DNA from: Gnetum montanum
Lineage: Eukaryota > Plantae > Gnetophyta
Assembly (NCBI GenBank): GCA_015680685.1
Contig: MNCI01001077.1
Coordinates: 5,627-69,626 of the forward strand
Length of the DNA: 64,000 nucleotides
Reading direction: 5' to 3'
This document shows positions 62,190 to 64,000 of the stretch, piece by piece. The notes below the pieces were generated by a model. It made no database searches, had not been told where the DNA came from, and saw only the letters and a list, made by a program, of their open reading frames with translations. Both the position numbers and the translations under genes were made by a program. The first letter of the stretch is position 1. Every line of letters starts with the position of its first letter.

Positions 62190-64000
62190 GAAAATTGTTG
62201 GTGCTAGAAATTTTGGACGCTAGAATGAAAATAAAAAAATCCAAGCGTTAGAATAGTTTAAAACCTAAATACAAAGGGCCTTTGAAAATAGGATTCAAGG
62301 AACCTTAGATGATCTGGTTGATCATCCAAAGACTTACGAAAGTGTAAATAGAGGTGTAAACGGAAACATAAATGGCTTTGGAAATGGAAACAAAAATAAA
62401 GTTGAAAACAAAAATAAAGTAAAAGTTGCAAATCCGGAATGAAAATAGATGAAGATATGAAAATGCAAACTAAAACTTGCATAACATGAAAAATAGATTT
62501 ATTTAAATAAAAATAAAGAATAAGGTTTTTGAAGTACAAATTTTATGCAAAGAGCACAAAAAGTTACTTACAGGAGCTTGAAGTTTGTTGGAGAAGGTAG
62601 GATGTCTTCCACAGTAACTCCATAATCCAATTTCTTCCCAACTCCAATTTTCACAACCATTCTATTTGTTTTCACTAGGGCATGCAACATGGTTACAGAA
62701 ATGGATTTTCAATTTTTAGTGTAATAGAAATTATGTGGAAGTCTTCATGCCAAGTGTAGTACTAGTTTCTGCTACCAAAAAGTGGAAATAAGATTGTAGT
62801 GCCCTTTAGTGGTTGTGAAAGTTCATAACTACTATGAAGGTTGTAGATTCCAAAAAATTTGGAACCCCAATATGATGTTTACATTTCATATATATAGGGT
62901 TGATTTGGTTATTTTAGGATTTGTGCACTACTACCATGATTGTTGATAGATTGGCATCAATTTGTAAGTGCAATGACTATCAAATCCTAATGTAATTACC
63001 ATTTATAGTAAGCCTAGTGATGAGTGGCAAGGTACCCCTACACTCAACCATATGAATACGAGTGTGTACACGTGATCCGGTTGAACTCCGCAGACTAAAT
63101 GCCTTAACGCCACAAGAAACACTTGGGGTTAATCGTTCGTTGTCTTCCCAGGCTTGCTTGTATGTGTTACGGTGTATGGTTAAGCAAGTCTGAGGTATGT
63201 GATTTTTTTGGTATTTTTNNNNNNNNNNNNNNNNNNNNNNNNNNNNNNNNNNNNNNNNNNNNNNNNNNNNNNNNNNNNNNNNNNNNNNNNNNNNNNNNNN
63301 NNNNNNNNNNNNNNNNNNNNNNNNNNNNNNNNNNNNNNNNNNNNNNNNNNNNNNNNNNNNNNNNNNNNNNNNNNNNNNNNNNNNNNNNNNNNNNNNNNNN
63401 NNNNNNNNNNNNNNNNNNNNNNNNNNNNNNNNNNNNNNNNNNNNNNNNNNNNNNNNNNNNNNNNNNNNNNNNNNNNNNNNNNNNNNNNNNNNNNNNNNNN
63501 NNNNNNNNNNNNNNNNNNNNNNNNNNNNNNNNNNNNNNNNNNNNNNNNNNNNNNNNNNNNNNNNNNNNNNNNNNNNNNNGTTCAAACTGTCAGAGCTTCG
63601 CTACTTCTAGCCAGGATTGGGAAATGAAGGGAATGCCACCTCTTATTTATAGATATGGTGGCAGACCGCGATATCGCAGGGAAAGGTGCGATATCGCGTA
63701 CGCGATATCGCATGGGATGCGATATTGCGGCGGCCACGATATCACGTACGCGATATCGTGGCACTATGCATGTTGCGTCTCATCACCTAGTATGGACTAC
63801 AACCACAAAATCCATCCATTTACTATAAATAGTAAATGAACTTTTGTGACTACTTTGGCACCATTCTGACCATGCTAGCTTTGATGAACTATGCTAAAGC
63901 TACAACTACATTGGAACTGCAACTACGCTAGAGCTGTAACTATGCTATCATGCTCTTTTTTAAAAAAACTTGGAATGAATATGCTTAGACATGTGAGGTT
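62190..64000 (-). repeat. Right copy of the long direct repeat, probable 5' LTR of E, interrupted by LTR I
   Basis: Colinear with 17570-18570; the left copy has the empty site AAGCCTAGTATGG. Confidence 0.7.
63018..63785 (-). mobile_element. LTR I: apparent solo LTR, with an internal N gap
   Basis: Perfect TSD CCTAG (63013-63017 and 63786-63790); TGATGAG...CTCATCA; well-preserved CGCGATATCGC repeats suggest it is young. Confidence 0.88.

Larger units (their letters stand above)
17560..64000 (-). mobile_element. Element E: very large Tat/Ogre-type element (at least 20 kb without inserts), host of D, F, G, H and I; 5' end beyond the window
   Basis: Minus-strand gag-PR (57.5-61.4 kb) and RT-RH-aRH-INT (20.1-32.4 kb) lie in correct order between direct repeats 17570-18570 and 62190-64000. 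Exact LTR termini and PBS not found, so unity of the element is inferred. Confidence 0.65.

Noticed and set aside
10732-63790. Apparent target-site preference (CCATG, ACCCT, RCATA, ACTAG, CCTAG share C at position 2)
   Set aside because: Too few sites and mixed element orientations.

Overview
Plant nuclear DNA from a draft assembly with several N gaps. Bases 1-4174 hold a three-exon P-class PPR gene (At5g18390-like, recognised from memory) with two in-frame stops and a LINE relic in intron 1. The remaining ~59 kb is a nest of degenerate Ty3/Gypsy retrotransposons of two kinds. (1) Two Tat/Ogre-type elements with RT-RH-aRH-INT order: B on + (8.2-17.4 kb) and E on - (about 17.6 kb to beyond the window end; at least 20 kb once younger inserts are removed). 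(2) Seven Athila-like insertions (A, C, D, F, G and LTRs H, I) with TGATGAG...CTCATCA LTR ends, a tRNA-Asp PBS where visible and 5-bp TSDs. They carry gag and/or a long accessory ORF2 but no visible RT/RH/INT. The most unusual structure is in E: gag-PR and RT-RH-aRH-INT are separated by about 9 kb. That spacer contains an antisense multi-exon gene, and just upstream of it an array of four-site palindromic cores at mostly ~180-215 bp spacing whose half-site (inferred ancestral GACTACGCTGG) also occurs in E's terminal repeats. The Athila-like LTRs show a parallel design, with family-specific CG-rich palindromes next to the TATA box. An element-encoded protein acting on these motifs is a hypothesis, not something the sequence proves.
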